A DNA stretch of 32,000 nucleotides from Escherichia coli (GCF_024917715.1 NZ_CP103479.1); one strand, 5' to 3'; counted from the first letter of the stretch, positions 1 to 14,354 are shown. Program-made: numbers and translations. The notes: generated by a model from the sequence alone, not told the origin.

Positions 1-324
1 AGGCATTCTGGCGGGTGGAATAACCGCATTGGTGGCTTGCGCGTTGGCTTCGCTTTTTTCAACGCGCGAGCGCACCGAGCTGTCTTTGCGGAACACGTCC
101 CACGGCAGTAAAAGCGTGTCCATCACAGCGGTAAACGGCATATCGAGAATCGCCAGCGACTTAGTGCCCCAGTTGGTTTCATCGTCGCCAATCATGGTGG
201 CGCTGGCGCGGGTGCCGGGATACGTTCCTTCTTTCCCCCCGGTATGGGACATCACGCTGGAGCATCCTCCAAGTAATGTCATTCCGCTGCATATCATGAA
301 CGCTAACAACACATTTCTTATCAT
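1..324 (-). CDS. yidQ: YidQ, putative lipoprotein (3' end cut by window edge)
   Basis: Reverse strand from the ATG complementary to 322-324 reads MIRNVLLAFMICSGMTLLGGCSSVMSHTGGKEGTYPGTRASATMIGDDETNWGTKSLAILDMPFTAVMDTLLLP..., with a lipobox LGGC; adjacent to ibpA as expected. Confidence 0.9.
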   Translation of the reverse strand, partial: MIRNVLLAFMICSGMTLLGGCSSVMSHTGGKEGTYPGTRASATMIGDDETNWGTKSLAILDMPFTAVMDTLLLPWDVFRKDSSVRSRVEKSEANAQATNAVIPPARMP

Positions 325-498
325 AATAAATTCATCTGTTGATCGTGGGTGTTGGCCTGATGAGTTATAGCGATCCCTTGCTGAAAATAACATCATCATT
401 ACGTCGCACTGTGGCGGCTATCGCACTTTAACGTTTCGTGCTGCCCCCTCAGTCTATGCAATAGACCATAAACTGCAAAAAAAAGTCCGCTGATAAGG

Positions 499-524
499 CT
501 TGAAAAGTTCATTTCCAGACCCAT
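499..524 (+). promoter_or_regulatory. Sigma-32 (heat shock) promoter of ibpAB
   Basis: CTTGAAA (499-505) followed after 13 nt by ACCCATTT, close to the sigma-32 consensus, upstream of ibpA. Confidence 0.8.
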
Positions 525-532
525 TTTTACAT

Positions 533-629
533 CGTAGCCGATGAGGACGCGCCTGATGGGTGTTCTGGCTACCTGACCTGTCCATTGTGGAAGGTCTTAC
601 ATTCTCGCTGATTTCAGGAGCTATTGATT
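533..629 (+). promoter_or_regulatory. ibpA 5'UTR ROSE-type RNA thermometer
   Basis: Leader ends TTCTCGCTGATTTCAGGAGCTATTGATTATG; the U-rich TCGCTGATTT segment can pair with the AGGAG SD. This matches the known ibpA ROSE element. Confidence 0.75.
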
Positions 630-1043
630 ATGCGTAACTTTGATTTATCCCCGCTTTACCGTTCTGCTATTGGATTTGACCGTTTGTTTAACCACTTAGA
701 AAACAACCAGAGCCAGAGTAATGGCGGCTACCCTCCGTATAACGTTGAACTGGTAGACGAAAACCATTACCGCATTGCTATCGCTGTGGCTGGTTTTGCT
801 GAGAGCGAACTGGAAATTACCGCCCAGGATAATCTGCTGGTGGTGAAAGGTGCTCACGCCGACGAACAAAAAGAGCGCACCTATCTGTATCAGGGCATCG
901 CTGAACGCAACTTTGAACGCAAATTCCAGTTAGCTGAGAACATTCATGTTCGTGGTGCTAACCTGGTGAATGGTCTGCTGTATATCGATCTCGAACGCGT
1001 GATTCCGGAAGCGAAAAAACCGCGCCGTATCGAAATCAACTAA
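630..1043 (+). CDS. ibpA: Small heat shock protein IbpA
   Basis: 137-aa product [44 protein letters not shown]..., alpha-crystallin domain; the start at 630 has an AGGAG SD and is preferred over the TTG at 624. Confidence 0.98.
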
Positions 1044-1154
1044 TTCCTTAAGGCCGCCTGGCGCGGCCTGACATCTCCATGCTCGCCGTCAGGGAGCATA
1101 TGCGAATCTTCGGATTTGCAGGTACTTACTCGCTTCTTAGAAGGAGAAATGACT
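1044..1154 (+). promoter_or_regulatory. ibpB leader with ROSE-like thermometer hairpin
   Basis: CGCTTCTTAGAAGGAGAAATGACTATG: the SD lies in a short hairpin (CTTCT/AGAAG) in the ibpA-ibpB intercistronic region. Confidence 0.6.
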
Positions 1155-1583
1155 ATGCGTAACTTCGATTTATCCCCACTGATGCGTCAATGGATCGGTT
1201 TTGACAAACTGGCCAACGCACTGCAAAACGCCGGTGAAAGCCAGAGCTTCCCGCCGTACAACATTGAGAAAAGCGACGATAACCACTACCGCATTACCCT
1301 TGCGCTGGCAGGTTTTCGTCAGGAAGATTTAGAGATTCAACTGGAAGGTACGCGCCTGAGCGTAAAAGGCACGCCGGAGCAGCCAAAAGAAGAGAAAAAA
1401 TGGCTGCATCAAGGGCTTATGAATCAGCCATTTAGCCTGAGCTTTACGCTGGCTGAAAATATGGAAGTCTCTGGTGCAACCTTCGTAAACGGTTTACTGC
1501 ATATTGATTTAATTCGTAATGAGCCTGAACCCATCGCAGCGCAGCGTATCGCTATCAGCGAACGTCCCGCGTTAAATAGCTAA
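1155..1583 (+). CDS. ibpB: Small heat shock protein IbpB
   Basis: 142-aa [47 protein letters not shown]..., paralogue of IbpA. Confidence 0.98.
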
Positions 1584-1598
1584 CTAGCTATTCTCTTT

Positions 1599-1627
1599 GC
1601 CCCGCCATTCTGGTGGGGCTTTTTTTG
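1599..1627 (+). terminator. Rho-independent terminator of ibpAB
   Basis: GCCCCGCCATTCTGGTGGGGC followed by T7. Confidence 0.9.
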
Positions 1628-1778
1628 TCTTTCTTCTTCAACAATGCGTTAAATTTCGCCTGTTTAAGATATTTCGGCACGTTCTTTCCCGTGATAATGT
1701 GCGCTATAAGGCAAATCTGCTTCACCGATTCAGCCATAATCCGTAGCAATTAAAATGTTATCTCAAGAGAAATGGACG

Positions 1779-3440
1779 ATGAGTGATATAGCATTAACGG
1801 TCAGTATTCTGGCTTTGGTGGCAGTCGTCGGTTTGTTTATCGGCAACGTCAAATTTCGCGGCATAGGATTAGGTATTGGCGGCGTGCTGTTTGGTGGGAT
1901 CATCGTCGGCCATTTTGTTTCTCAGGCGGGGATGACATTAAGTAGCGATATGCTGCATGTTATTCAGGAATTTGGCCTGATCCTGTTCGTTTATACCATC
2001 GGGATTCAGGTGGGTCCGGGCTTCTTTGCCTCATTGCGCGTCTCCGGATTACGCCTCAACCTGTTTGCTGTTCTGATCGTCATCATCGGTGGTCTGGTTA
2101 CCGCCATCCTGCATAAACTGTTTGATATTCCACTGCCGGTAGTACTGGGGATTTTCTCCGGTGCGGTAACCAATACGCCAGCACTGGGGGCAGGGCAGCA
2201 GATCTTGCGCGACCTGGGTACACCAATGGAAATGGTCGATCAGATGGGGATGAGTTACGCGATGGCGTATCCATTCGGCATTTGCGGGATTTTGTTCACC
2301 ATGTGGATGTTGCGGGTTATTTTCCGCGTCAATGTCGAGACAGAAGCCCAGCAGCACGAGTCTTCACGCACCAATGGCGGCGCGCTGATCAGGACTATCA
2401 ATATTCGCGTTGAGAACCCTAACCTGCATGATTTAGCCATTAAAGATGTACCGATTCTCAACGGCGACAAAATTATCTGCTCGCGTCTGAAACGAGAAGA
2501 AACCCTAAAAGTACCTTCGCCAGATACCATTATCCAACTGGGCGATTTGCTGCATCTGGTGGGGCAGCCAGCGGATTTACATAATGCGCAACTGGTGATT
2601 GGTCAGGAGGTCGATACCTCGCTGTCCACGAAAGGCACTGATTTGCGCGTCGAGCGTGTGGTGGTCACCAATGAAAACGTGCTCGGTAAACGTATTCGCG
2701 ACCTGCATTTTAAAGAACGCTATGACGTTGTTATCTCGCGCCTGAACCGTGCCGGGGTCGAACTGGTCGCCAGTGGCGATATCAGCTTGCAGTTCGGCGA
2801 TATCCTCAACCTGGTGGGGCGTCCGTCCGCAATTGATGCCGTTGCCAATGTGCTGGGGAATGCGCAGCAAAAACTGCAACAGGTTCAGATGCTGCCGGTG
2901 TTTATTGGTATCGGGCTTGGCGTATTGTTAGGTTCTATTCCCGTCTTTGTGCCGGGATTCCCGGCCGCGTTGAAACTGGGGCTGGCGGGCGGTCCGCTGA
3001 TTATGGCGTTGATCCTCGGGCGTATCGGCAGTATTGGCAAGCTGTACTGGTTTATGCCGCCAAGTGCCAACCTCGCGCTGCGGGAGCTGGGGATCGTGCT
3101 GTTCCTCTCGGTCGTTGGTCTGAAATCTGGTGGGGATTTTGTGAATACCCTGGTCAATGGCGAAGGGCTAAGCTGGATTGGTTATGGTGCCCTGATCACC
3201 GCCGTTCCGCTGATTACTGTTGGTATTCTGGCGCGGATGTTAGCCAAAATGAATTACCTGACCATGTGCGGGATGCTGGCTGGCTCCATGACCGATCCAC
3301 CGGCGCTGGCGTTTGCTAATAATCTTCATCCAACCAGCGGTGCGGCGGCGCTCTCTTACGCCACTGTCTATCCGTTGGTGATGTTCCTGCGCATTATCAC
3401 TCCCCAATTACTGGCGGTGCTCTTCTGGAGTATCGGTTAA
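1779..3440 (+). CDS. yidE: YidE, AspT/YidE/YbjL-family putative transporter with TrkA-C (RCK-C) domains
   Basis: 553 aa from [28 protein letters not shown]...; two RCK-C-like domains in the centre flanked by membrane segments. Confidence 0.95.
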
Positions 3441-4153
3441 CTCTTCTCCGGGTGGAGTCGCCGTAAATGGTACTCCACCTGGTATTCGCTGGCATTTCTG
3501 AACATCACTGAATAATTCAAAAACTCCCCGCTCTCGCTATATGACAACGAGGTGATCCGCAGCAGTGGCGTGTGTTCCGCTACCTTCATTTGCCGCGCCA
3601 GCAGTCTATCGGCGAGCACCGGCGTCAGGCTTTCATAATTACCGCCAATCAGAATCCCGCACTCTTGTTCAATATATTCAAACTTCGACCCTTCCAGATG
3701 TTGCAGCGATAGGTTGCGGAACAGTTTTACTGGCATATAGCTGTCTTCCAGCATCAGCGGTTTCCCTTCCACAAAACGAACGCGACGGGAGAAGTAGATC
3801 TGCTCGTTGATTTGAATCCGTAGCTGGCTGGCAATGGCCGGAGGCGCAGGCATGATTTCAAAAATCAGCACCTGGCTGGTGACCGTTTTTCCCTGGTGTT
3901 TTAACACCTCCACCAGCCCGGTCAGGCTGGCGGTTTGATGCAATACATCTTTACGCACCAGGTAAGTACCGCTGCCGTGGCGGCGGACCACCAGCCCCCA
4001 CGCTACCAGCAGATCAATGGCTTTACGGATGGTCATCCGCGATACCGCAAACTCTTCCGCCAGCTTTTTTTCACCGGGAAGAAGGCTGTTTAGCGTGAAA
4101 TCCGCGGAGTTAAGTCGAATTCTTAACCGCTCCGCAATGCTTTTGTAGATCAT
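3437..4153 (-). CDS. yidP: YidP, GntR/UTRA-family transcriptional regulator
   Basis: 238 aa [49 protein letters not shown]..., winged HTH plus UTRA domain; convergent with yidE, divergent from the glv genes. Confidence 0.93.
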
Positions 4154-4448
4154 CTCTAGATCTCTTTTTTGCCTGCAAGCCCGGGTAACGCGCCCACAAG
4201 TTCTGCTTAATCGATTGAAAAAACATCTTTTTTTTAAAGATGTGTTCGATGCTGTGTACCAGTGCTCACAGATGTCTACTTTTTTGCGAAAACGTAGATC
4301 TCTACCGCCCAACGAAAAGCATGAAAGCGATCACGAATCCCACTGGGTCGTCATGTTCTGCCGATCGCATCTTCCTATCCTCGCTCCAGGCCTGCCGCAT
4401 AACCAATCAGGCTTCCTACTTACAGAATTGAGAAAAGAGGATGTGGAA

Positions 4449-8277
<3,829 letters not shown>

Positions 8278-8443
8278 TTTAATATCCCTCCGGCGAATTA
8301 TGCTCACAACCTGAACTTAACAGAAAACAATCCGTTCAGGGATACGACGTTTGTATTTTAAGAATCTGACTGCCTGACCCGACGCATTTTACCTCTCCCT
8401 ATATTTATGCGTCCGGGACATAAACATAAATAAGGGCTATGAG

Positions 8444-10159
8444 ATGAATTCGTTACAAATCTTGAGTTTTGTCGGTTTTACGCTGCTGGTGGCGGTCATC
8501 ACCTGGTGGAAGGTCCGCAAAACAGATACCGGATCGCAACAAGGCTATTTTCTTGCCGGACGTTCACTAAAAGCGCCGGTTATTGCCGCTTCGTTAATGT
8601 TAACCAACCTTTCCACGGAACAACTGGTTGGACTTTCCGGGCAGGCCTACAAAAGCGGCATGTCGGTGATGGGCTGGGAAGTCACTTCTGCGGTGACGCT
8701 GATCTTCCTCGCGCTAATCTTTTTACCGCGCTATCTGAAGCGTGGCATTGCCACCATCCCCGATTTCCTGGAGGAACGTTATGATAAAACGACGCGTATT
8801 ATCATCGACTTCTGCTTCCTCATTGCCACCGGTGTCTGCTTTCTGCCGATTGTTCTCTACTCCGGCGCGTTGGCGCTCAACAGCCTGTTTCACGTCGGGG
8901 AATCGTTACAAATTTCCCACGGCGCAGCGATCTGGCTACTGGTTATTTTGCTTGGTCTGGCGGGAATTTTGTATGCGGTAATCGGCGGACTGCGCGCAAT
9001 GGCAGTGGCGGACTCCATCAACGGTATTGGGCTGGTTATTGGCGGGTTGATGGTGCCGGTATTTGGCCTGATCGCGATGGGCAAGGGCAGCTTTATGCAG
9101 GGCATTGAGCAACTCACCACCGTTCACGCCGAGAAATTAAACTCAGTCGGTGGCCCGACCGATCCCTTGCCGATTGGCGCGGCATTTACCGGTTTGATTC
9201 TGGTGAACACCTTTTACTGGTGTACAAATCAGGGCATCGTGCAACGCACGCTGGCGTCAAAAAGCCTGGCGGAAGGGCAAAAGGGGGCGCTGTTAACGGC
9301 GGTGCTGAAAATGCTCGACCCGCTGGTACTGGTGCTGCCAGGGTTGATTGCGTTTCATCTGTATCAGGATTTACCGAAAGCCGATATGGCTTACCCGACG
9401 CTGGTCAATAACGTTCTGCCAGTGCCACTGGTGGGCTTCTTCGGCGCGGTGTTATTTGGTGCGGTGATCAGTACCTTCAACGGCTTTCTGAATAGCGCCA
9501 GTACGTTATTCAGTATGGGTATTTACCGGCGCATCATTAACCAGAATGCCGAGCCGCAACAGCTGGTCACCGTCGGGCGCAAATTTGGTTTCTTTATCGC
9601 CATCGTTTCGGTGATGGTCGCGCCGTGGATTGCCAACGCGCCGCAGGGGTTGTATAGCTGGATGAAACAGCTCAACGGTATTTACAACGTGCCGCTGGTT
9701 ACCATCATCATTATGGGCTTTTTCTTCCCGCGAATTCCGGCGCTGGCGGCAAAAGTGGCGATGGGGATTGGCATAATCAGCTACATCACCATCAACTATC
9801 TGGTGAAGTTCGACTTCCATTTCCTCTATGTGCTGGCCTGTACGTTCTGTATCAACGTGGTCGTGATGCTGGTGATCGGTTTTATCAAACCGCGCGCCAC
9901 GCCGTTCACCTTCAAAGATGCGTTTGCGGTGGACATGAAACCGTGGAAAAACGTCAAGATCGCGTCAATTGGTATCCTGTTCGCGATGATTGGCGTCTAT
10001 GCCGGGCTGGCTGAATTCGGCGGCTACGGTACGCGCTGGTTAGCGATGATCAGTTATTTCATTGCCGCCGTAGTGATTGTCTACCTGATTTTTGACAGCT
10101 GGCGGCATCGTCACGACCCAGCCGTAACCTTTACTCCCGACGCGAAGGATAGCCTATGA
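8444..10159 (+). CDS. yidK: YidK, sodium:solute symporter (SSS) family transporter
   Basis: 571 aa MNSLQILSFVGFTLLVAVITWWKVRKTDTGSQQGYFLAGRSLKAPVIAASLMLTNLSTEQLVGLSGQAYKSG..., SSS signature. Confidence 0.95.
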   Translation: MNSLQILSFVGFTLLVAVITWWKVRKTDTGSQQGYFLAGRSLKAPVIAASLMLTNLSTEQLVGLSGQAYKSGMSVMGWEVTSAVTLIFLALIFLPRYLKRGIATIPDFLEERYDKTTRIIIDFCFLIATGVCFLPIVLYSGALALNSLFHVGESLQISHGAAIWLLVILLGLAGILYAVIGGLRAMAVADSINGIGLVIGGLMVPVFGLIAMGKGSFMQGIEQLTTVHAEKLNSVGGPTDPLPIGAAFTGLILVNTFYWCTNQGIVQRTLASKSLAEGQKGALLTAVLKMLDPLVLVLPGLIAFHLYQDLPKADMAYPTLVNNVLPVPLVGFFGAVLFGAVISTFNGFLNSASTLFSMGIYRRIINQNAEPQQLVTVGRKFGFFIAIVSVMVAPWIANAPQGLYSWMKQLNGIYNVPLVTIIIMGFFFPRIPALAAKVAMGIGIISYITINYLVKFDFHFLYVLACTFCINVVVMLVIGFIKPRATPFTFKDAFAVDMKPWKNVKIASIGILFAMIGVYAGLAEFGGYGTRWLAMISYFIAAVVIVYLIFDSWRHRHDPAVTFTPDAKDSL

Positions 10160-11649
10160 AACGCCCCAATTTTCTGTTCATCATGACCGATACCCAGGCC
10201 ACCAATATGGTCGGTTGCTATAGCGGTAAACCGCTGAATACGCAAAATATTGATAGTCTGGCGGCGGAAAGTATTCGCTTTAATTCCGCCTACACCTGTT
10301 CACCGGTTTGTACACCAGCGCGCGCCGGGCTGTTTACCGGTATCTACGCTAACCAGTCCGGCCCGTGGACCAATAACGTCGCGCCGGGCAAAAACATCTC
10401 CACTATGGGACGCTACTTTAAGGATGCGGGCTATCACACCTGTTACATTGGCAAATGGCATCTCGACGGTCATGACTATTTCGGCACTGGCGAGTGTCCG
10501 CCGGAGTGGGACGCTGATTACTGGTTCGATGGGGCGAACTATCTTAGCGAACTGACGGAAAAAGAGATTAGCCTGTGGCGCAATGGCCTAAACAGCGTCG
10601 AAGATTTACAGGCGAACCATATTGACGAAACCTTCACCTGGGCGCACCGCATCAGCAATCGGGCGGTAGATTTTCTGCAACAGCCCGCGCGCGCCGAGGA
10701 ACCCTTCCTGATGGTGGTTTCGTATGATGAGCCGCATCACCCGTTCACCTGTCCGGTGGAGTATTTAGAGAAATACGCTGATTTTTACTACGAACTTGGC
10801 GAGAAATCACAGGATGACCTGGCGAACAAACCGGAACATCACCGCTTATGGGCGCAGGCGATGCCATCGCCAGTCGGTGATGACGGGCTTTATCACCATC
10901 CGCTCTATTTTGCCTGCAATGACTTTGTTGATGACCAAATCGGACGGGTCATCAATGCCTTAACGCCAGAGCAACGTGAAAATACGTGGGTTATTTATAC
11001 CTCCGATCACGGCGAAATGATGGGCGCACATAAGCTGATCAGTAAAGGAGCGACGATGTATGACGACATCACCCGTATTCCGCTGATCATCCGTTCGCCG
11101 CAAGGGGAGCGGCGACAGGTCGATACGCCAGTCAGTCATATCGATTTACTGCCGACAATGATGGCGCTGGCAGATATTGAAAAACCAGAGATTCTGCCGG
11201 GGGAAAATATCCTTGCCGTGACAGAGCCACGCGGCGTGATGGTGGAATTTAACCGCTACGAGATTGAGCATGACAGCTTTGGCGGTTTTATTCCGGTGCG
11301 TTGCTGGGTGACGGATGACTTTAAACTGGTACTCAACCTCTTCACCAGTGATGAACTTTACGATCGCCGTAATGACCCAAATGAAATGCATAACCTGATC
11401 GATGATATCCGTTTTGCCGACGTTCGCCGCAAAATGCATGACGCCTTATTGGATTACATGGACAAAATTCGCGATCCGTTCCGCAGTTATCAATGGAGCC
11501 TGCGTCCGTGGCGTAAAGATGCACGACCTCGCTGGATGGGGGCGTTTCGTCCACGCCCACAAGATGGCTATTCGCCAGTGGTACGCGACTATGACACCGG
11601 CCTACCGACACAAGGGGTGAAGGTGGAAGAGAAAAAACAGAAGTTCTGA
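10156..11649 (+). CDS. yidJ: YidJ, Cys-type sulfatase
   Basis: 497 aa; N-terminal MTDTQATNMVGCY and sulfatase signature CSPVCTPARAGLFTG (C-T-P-A-R, formylglycine precursor cysteine). Overlaps the yidK stop by 4 nt. Confidence 0.95.
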   Translation: MKRPNFLFIMTDTQATNMVGCYSGKPLNTQNIDSLAAESIRFNSAYTCSPVCTPARAGLFTGIYANQSGPWTNNVAPGKNISTMGRYFKDAGYHTCYIGKWHLDGHDYFGTGECPPEWDADYWFDGANYLSELTEKEISLWRNGLNSVEDLQANHIDETFTWAHRISNRAVDFLQQPARAEEPFLMVVSYDEPHHPFTCPVEYLEKYADFYYELGEKSQDDLANKPEHHRLWAQAMPSPVGDDGLYHHPLYFACNDFVDDQIGRVINALTPEQRENTWVIYTSDHGEMMGAHKLISKGATMYDDITRIPLIIRSPQGERRQVDTPVSHIDLLPTMMALADIEKPEILPGENILAVTEPRGVMVEFNRYEIEHDSFGGFIPVRCWVTDDFKLVLNLFTSDELYDRRNDPNEMHNLIDDIRFADVRRKMHDALLDYMDKIRDPFRSYQWSLRPWRKDARPRWMGAFRPRPQDGYSPVVRDYDTGLPTQGVKVEEKKQKF

Positions 11650-11708
11650 TGCATTATTGCTGTTCCTGGCCTACTTTTTCGGCGAGGAACAGTTTACAAG
11701 GAGCAACA

Positions 11709-12056
11709 ATGAAAATTTCCCGCCTCGGAGAAGCACCTGATTATCGCTTCTCGCTGGCTAATGAGCGTACTTTTCTGGCGTGGATCCGTACCGCACTAGG
11801 ATTTCTGGCGGCGGGGGTTGGGCTTGACCAACTTGCGCCAGATTTCGCCACGCCCGTCATTCGCGAACTGCTGGCGTTGTTGTTGTGTCTGTTTTCCGGC
11901 GGGTTAGCGATGTATGGCTACTTGCGCTGGTTACGCAATGAAAAAGCGATGCGTCTGAAAGAGGACCTGCCCTATACCAACAGCTTATTAATCATCAGCT
12001 TAATATTGATGATCGTGGCGGTGATCGTCATGGGACTGGTGTTGTATGCCGGATAG
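11709..12056 (+). CDS. yidH: YidH, DUF202 inner-membrane protein
   Basis: 115 aa MKISRLGEAPDYRFSLANERTFLAWIRTALGFLAAGVGLDQLAP...; SD AAGGAG precedes the ATG at 11709. Confidence 0.93.
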   Translation: MKISRLGEAPDYRFSLANERTFLAWIRTALGFLAAGVGLDQLAPDFATPVIRELLALLLCLFSGGLAMYGYLRWLRNEKAMRLKEDLPYTNSLLIISLILMIVAVIVMGLVLYAG

Positions 12057-12408
12057 CCGCAAAGCCAGACGCATTGCCGACCCAGGGCTGCAGCCGGAGC
12101 GCACATCACTGGCGTGGTTTCGTACCATGCTGGGCTACGGCGCGTTGATGGCGTTGGCTATCAAACACAACTGGCACCAGGCGGGCATGTTATTCTGGAT
12201 TTCGATTGGCATCCTCGCCATCGTGGCGCTGATCCTCTGGCACTACACCCGTAATCGCAATTTAATGGATGTCACGAATAGCGATTTTTCCCAATTTCAC
12301 GTAGTCCGTGACAAATTTTTGATCTCCCTCGCGGTGTTATCTCTCGCAATACTGTTTGCTGTAACGCATATACATCAACTTATCGTATTTATTGAGAGAG
12401 TCGCATGA
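12046..12408 (+). CDS. yidG: YidG, DUF202 inner-membrane protein
   Basis: 120 aa MPDSRKARRIADPGLQPERTSLAWFRTMLGYGALMALAIKH..., overlaps the yidH end. Confidence 0.93.
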   Translation: MPDSRKARRIADPGLQPERTSLAWFRTMLGYGALMALAIKHNWHQAGMLFWISIGILAIVALILWHYTRNRNLMDVTNSDFSQFHVVRDKFLISLAVLSLAILFAVTHIHQLIVFIERVA

Positions 12409-12902
12409 CAGGAAGTCAGGTCATTGATGCTGAAGAGGACAGGCATAAACTGGTTGTAGAGTACAAGGATGCTCTGCAACCTGCCGATTTTTATCACAAT
12501 TTCAAACAACGGGGTATCCGCTCCGTACAGCTCATTCCCCATCTTGAATTTGATGACCGGGGCGATCTGACGGCCGCTTCGGTGACAGCAGAGCTGTGGG
12601 GGAAATTTTTAATTGCCCTGTTTGAGTGTTGGGTGCGGGCAGATATCAGTCGTATCTCGATTGAGCTTTTTGACGCCACCTTACAAAAATGGTGTGGCAG
12701 CGAAAACCCGCAACCGCGCCGTGGCTGCCAGGCGTGCGACTGGCATCTGCTGTGTCCGCACGCTCGGGAGGAGATGCCAGACAGCGTGCTTTGTGCGGGC
12801 TATCAGGCGTTTTATTCTTACTCTGCGCCGCATATGCGGGTGATGCGTGATCTGATAAAGCAGCATCGTTCTCCCATGGAGCTGATGACGATGCTGCGGT
12901 GA
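12405..12902 (+). CDS. yidF: YidF, Cys-rich small protein
   Basis: 165 aa MTGSQVIDAEEDRHKLVVEYKDALQPADFYHNFKQ... with a C-terminal CQACDWHLLCPHAREEMPDSVLC cluster; overlaps yidG by 4 nt. Confidence 0.9.
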   Translation: MTGSQVIDAEEDRHKLVVEYKDALQPADFYHNFKQRGIRSVQLIPHLEFDDRGDLTAASVTAELWGKFLIALFECWVRADISRISIELFDATLQKWCGSENPQPRRGCQACDWHLLCPHAREEMPDSVLCAGYQAFYSYSAPHMRVMRDLIKQHRSPMELMTMLR

Positions 12903-12909
12903 CGTGAGC

Positions 12910-14094
12910 TTAAACGGGCTGCCCCTGATGCGACATCCGCGTCGCCAGCGGTAGCCAGCACAGCACGATCAACAATCCCATTAAGGTCATCAACAACCCC
13001 AGGCTGCCCTGACCGGTTTGCGGCAACATCGCAGAGAGCGACGCCAGCACGCCGGAACCAATGTTTTGTAGACCGCCGACCAGCGCGCCAGCCGTGCCCG
13101 CCAGGAAGGGGAACGGTTCCATCGCGCCGCTGGTCGCCAGCGGAAACAGCATCCCGGCACCGAAAAAGAACAGCGCGGCGGGAACGAGCAGCGTCCAGAC
13201 ATTCATCACGCCAAACCAGTCGGGGATCCACATCAGCAAGCCAGCCAGCAGGCAGCAGATAACCGACTGCCACATCAACGTTGAGAAGCGTTTATTAGGA
13301 CGTCCGGCAAACCATGCCCCAAAAAATGCCGCCGGAATCGGCAGAATAAACAAAATACTGACCGTCATACTGCTCAGCCCTAATACCGCGCCCATCAGCA
13401 CGCCGGAGCAGGCTTCAAAGGCGGCAATCCCGGCCAGACCGCCAATCAGCATCAGCAAATAACAGTTAAAACCGCTGTTACCGAAAAGCGTTTTATAACT
13501 GGTAAGCAGGCGTGTGCGCGGTGTGTCGACCGGACGTGTTTCCGGCATCCAGCGGGCCATACTGAAGGTCACACCGGCGCAAAGTACCAACAAAAAGAGA
13601 TAACAGGCGCGCCAGTTCCACATCGTATCCAGCAGACCACCGATTAGCGGTGCGAGCAACGGACTGACAAGAATCCCCATGTTTAACAAGCTGTTAGCGT
13701 GGCGCAACTGTGTCCGTTCATATAAATCACGCGGCAAAGTACGCGCCATTACACCGCCAACGCCGGTGCCCATGCCCTGCATCGCGCTGGCGGCAATCAA
13801 TACCGTCAAACTGGAGGTCGTGACCGCGACCAGCGTTGCCAGCATAAAAATGGACATTCCGACGAGGATCACCGGTCGGCGACCGACACGGTCGGAAATT
13901 GGGCCATAAAACAGCTGTGAGACACCGTAAGTCAGCAGATAAGCGCCCATTACGCTCTGCACCGCCCCTTCACGGACGTTGAGATCGCGCGCCATATCGG
14001 CAATAGCTGGAATATAAATGGTTTGCGCCATCTGACCGACGGCCACGAGTAATACCAACATCAATAACAAATTGACGTTTCTATGCCTTTTCAT
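12910..14094 (-). CDS. emrD: EmrD, MFS multidrug efflux transporter
   Basis: 394 aa MKRHRNVNLLLMLVLLVAVGQMAQTIYIPAIADMARDLNVREGAVQSVMGAYLLTYGVSQLFYGPISDRVGRRPV... Confidence 0.96.
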   Translation of the reverse strand: MKRHRNVNLLLMLVLLVAVGQMAQTIYIPAIADMARDLNVREGAVQSVMGAYLLTYGVSQLFYGPISDRVGRRPVILVGMSIFMLATLVAVTTSSLTVLIAASAMQGMGTGVGGVMARTLPRDLYERTQLRHANSLLNMGILVSPLLAPLIGGLLDTMWNWRACYLFLLVLCAGVTFSMARWMPETRPVDTPRTRLLTSYKTLFGNSGFNCYLLMLIGGLAGIAAFEACSGVLMGAVLGLSSMTVSILFILPIPAAFFGAWFAGRPNKRFSTLMWQSVICCLLAGLLMWIPDWFGVMNVWTLLVPAALFFFGAGMLFPLATSGAMEPFPFLAGTAGALVGGLQNIGSGVLASLSAMLPQTGQGSLGLLMTLMGLLIVLCWLPLATRMSHQGQPV

Positions 14095-14268
14095 TATCAC
14101 GGATGCTTTTATAAAAATAATTAGAATAAGTCACTACGCATTCCCATAAATGCGGGAGAGGAATCTATCACATTGATAAATGTTAGCCAGATATACGCCA
14201 GGAATGGGGAATTGTTTAGCGGCAGAATATGTAAACAAAAGCGGCAATAAATGTTGCCGGGAGGGATG

Positions 14269-14305
14269 GTAGGGCGGATAAGATGCATCAGCATCGCATC
14301 CGACA
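14269..14305. repeat. REP-type palindromic element
   Basis: GTAGGGCGGATAAGATGCATCAGCATCGCATCCGAC resembles the REP consensus and lies in the emrD/tisB intergenic region. Confidence 0.7.
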
Positions 14306-14326
14306 CCAACCCGCACGCTAAATATG

Positions 14327-14354
14327 AAAGGGGAGCGGTTACCCGCTCCCCTTT
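14327..14354 (-). terminator. Rho-independent terminator of tisB mRNA
   Basis: Near-perfect palindrome AAAGGGGAGCGGTTACCCGCTCCCCTTT downstream of tisB. Confidence 0.7.

Noticed and set aside
11146-11620. Small ORFs on both strands inside yidJ (97, 89, 72 aa)
   Set aside because: Fully nested in the confident sulfatase ORF; no support.
12613-13462. ORFs overlapping yidF/emrD in other frames, including 151-aa (-) and 133-aa (+)
   Set aside because: Shadow frames of confident genes.
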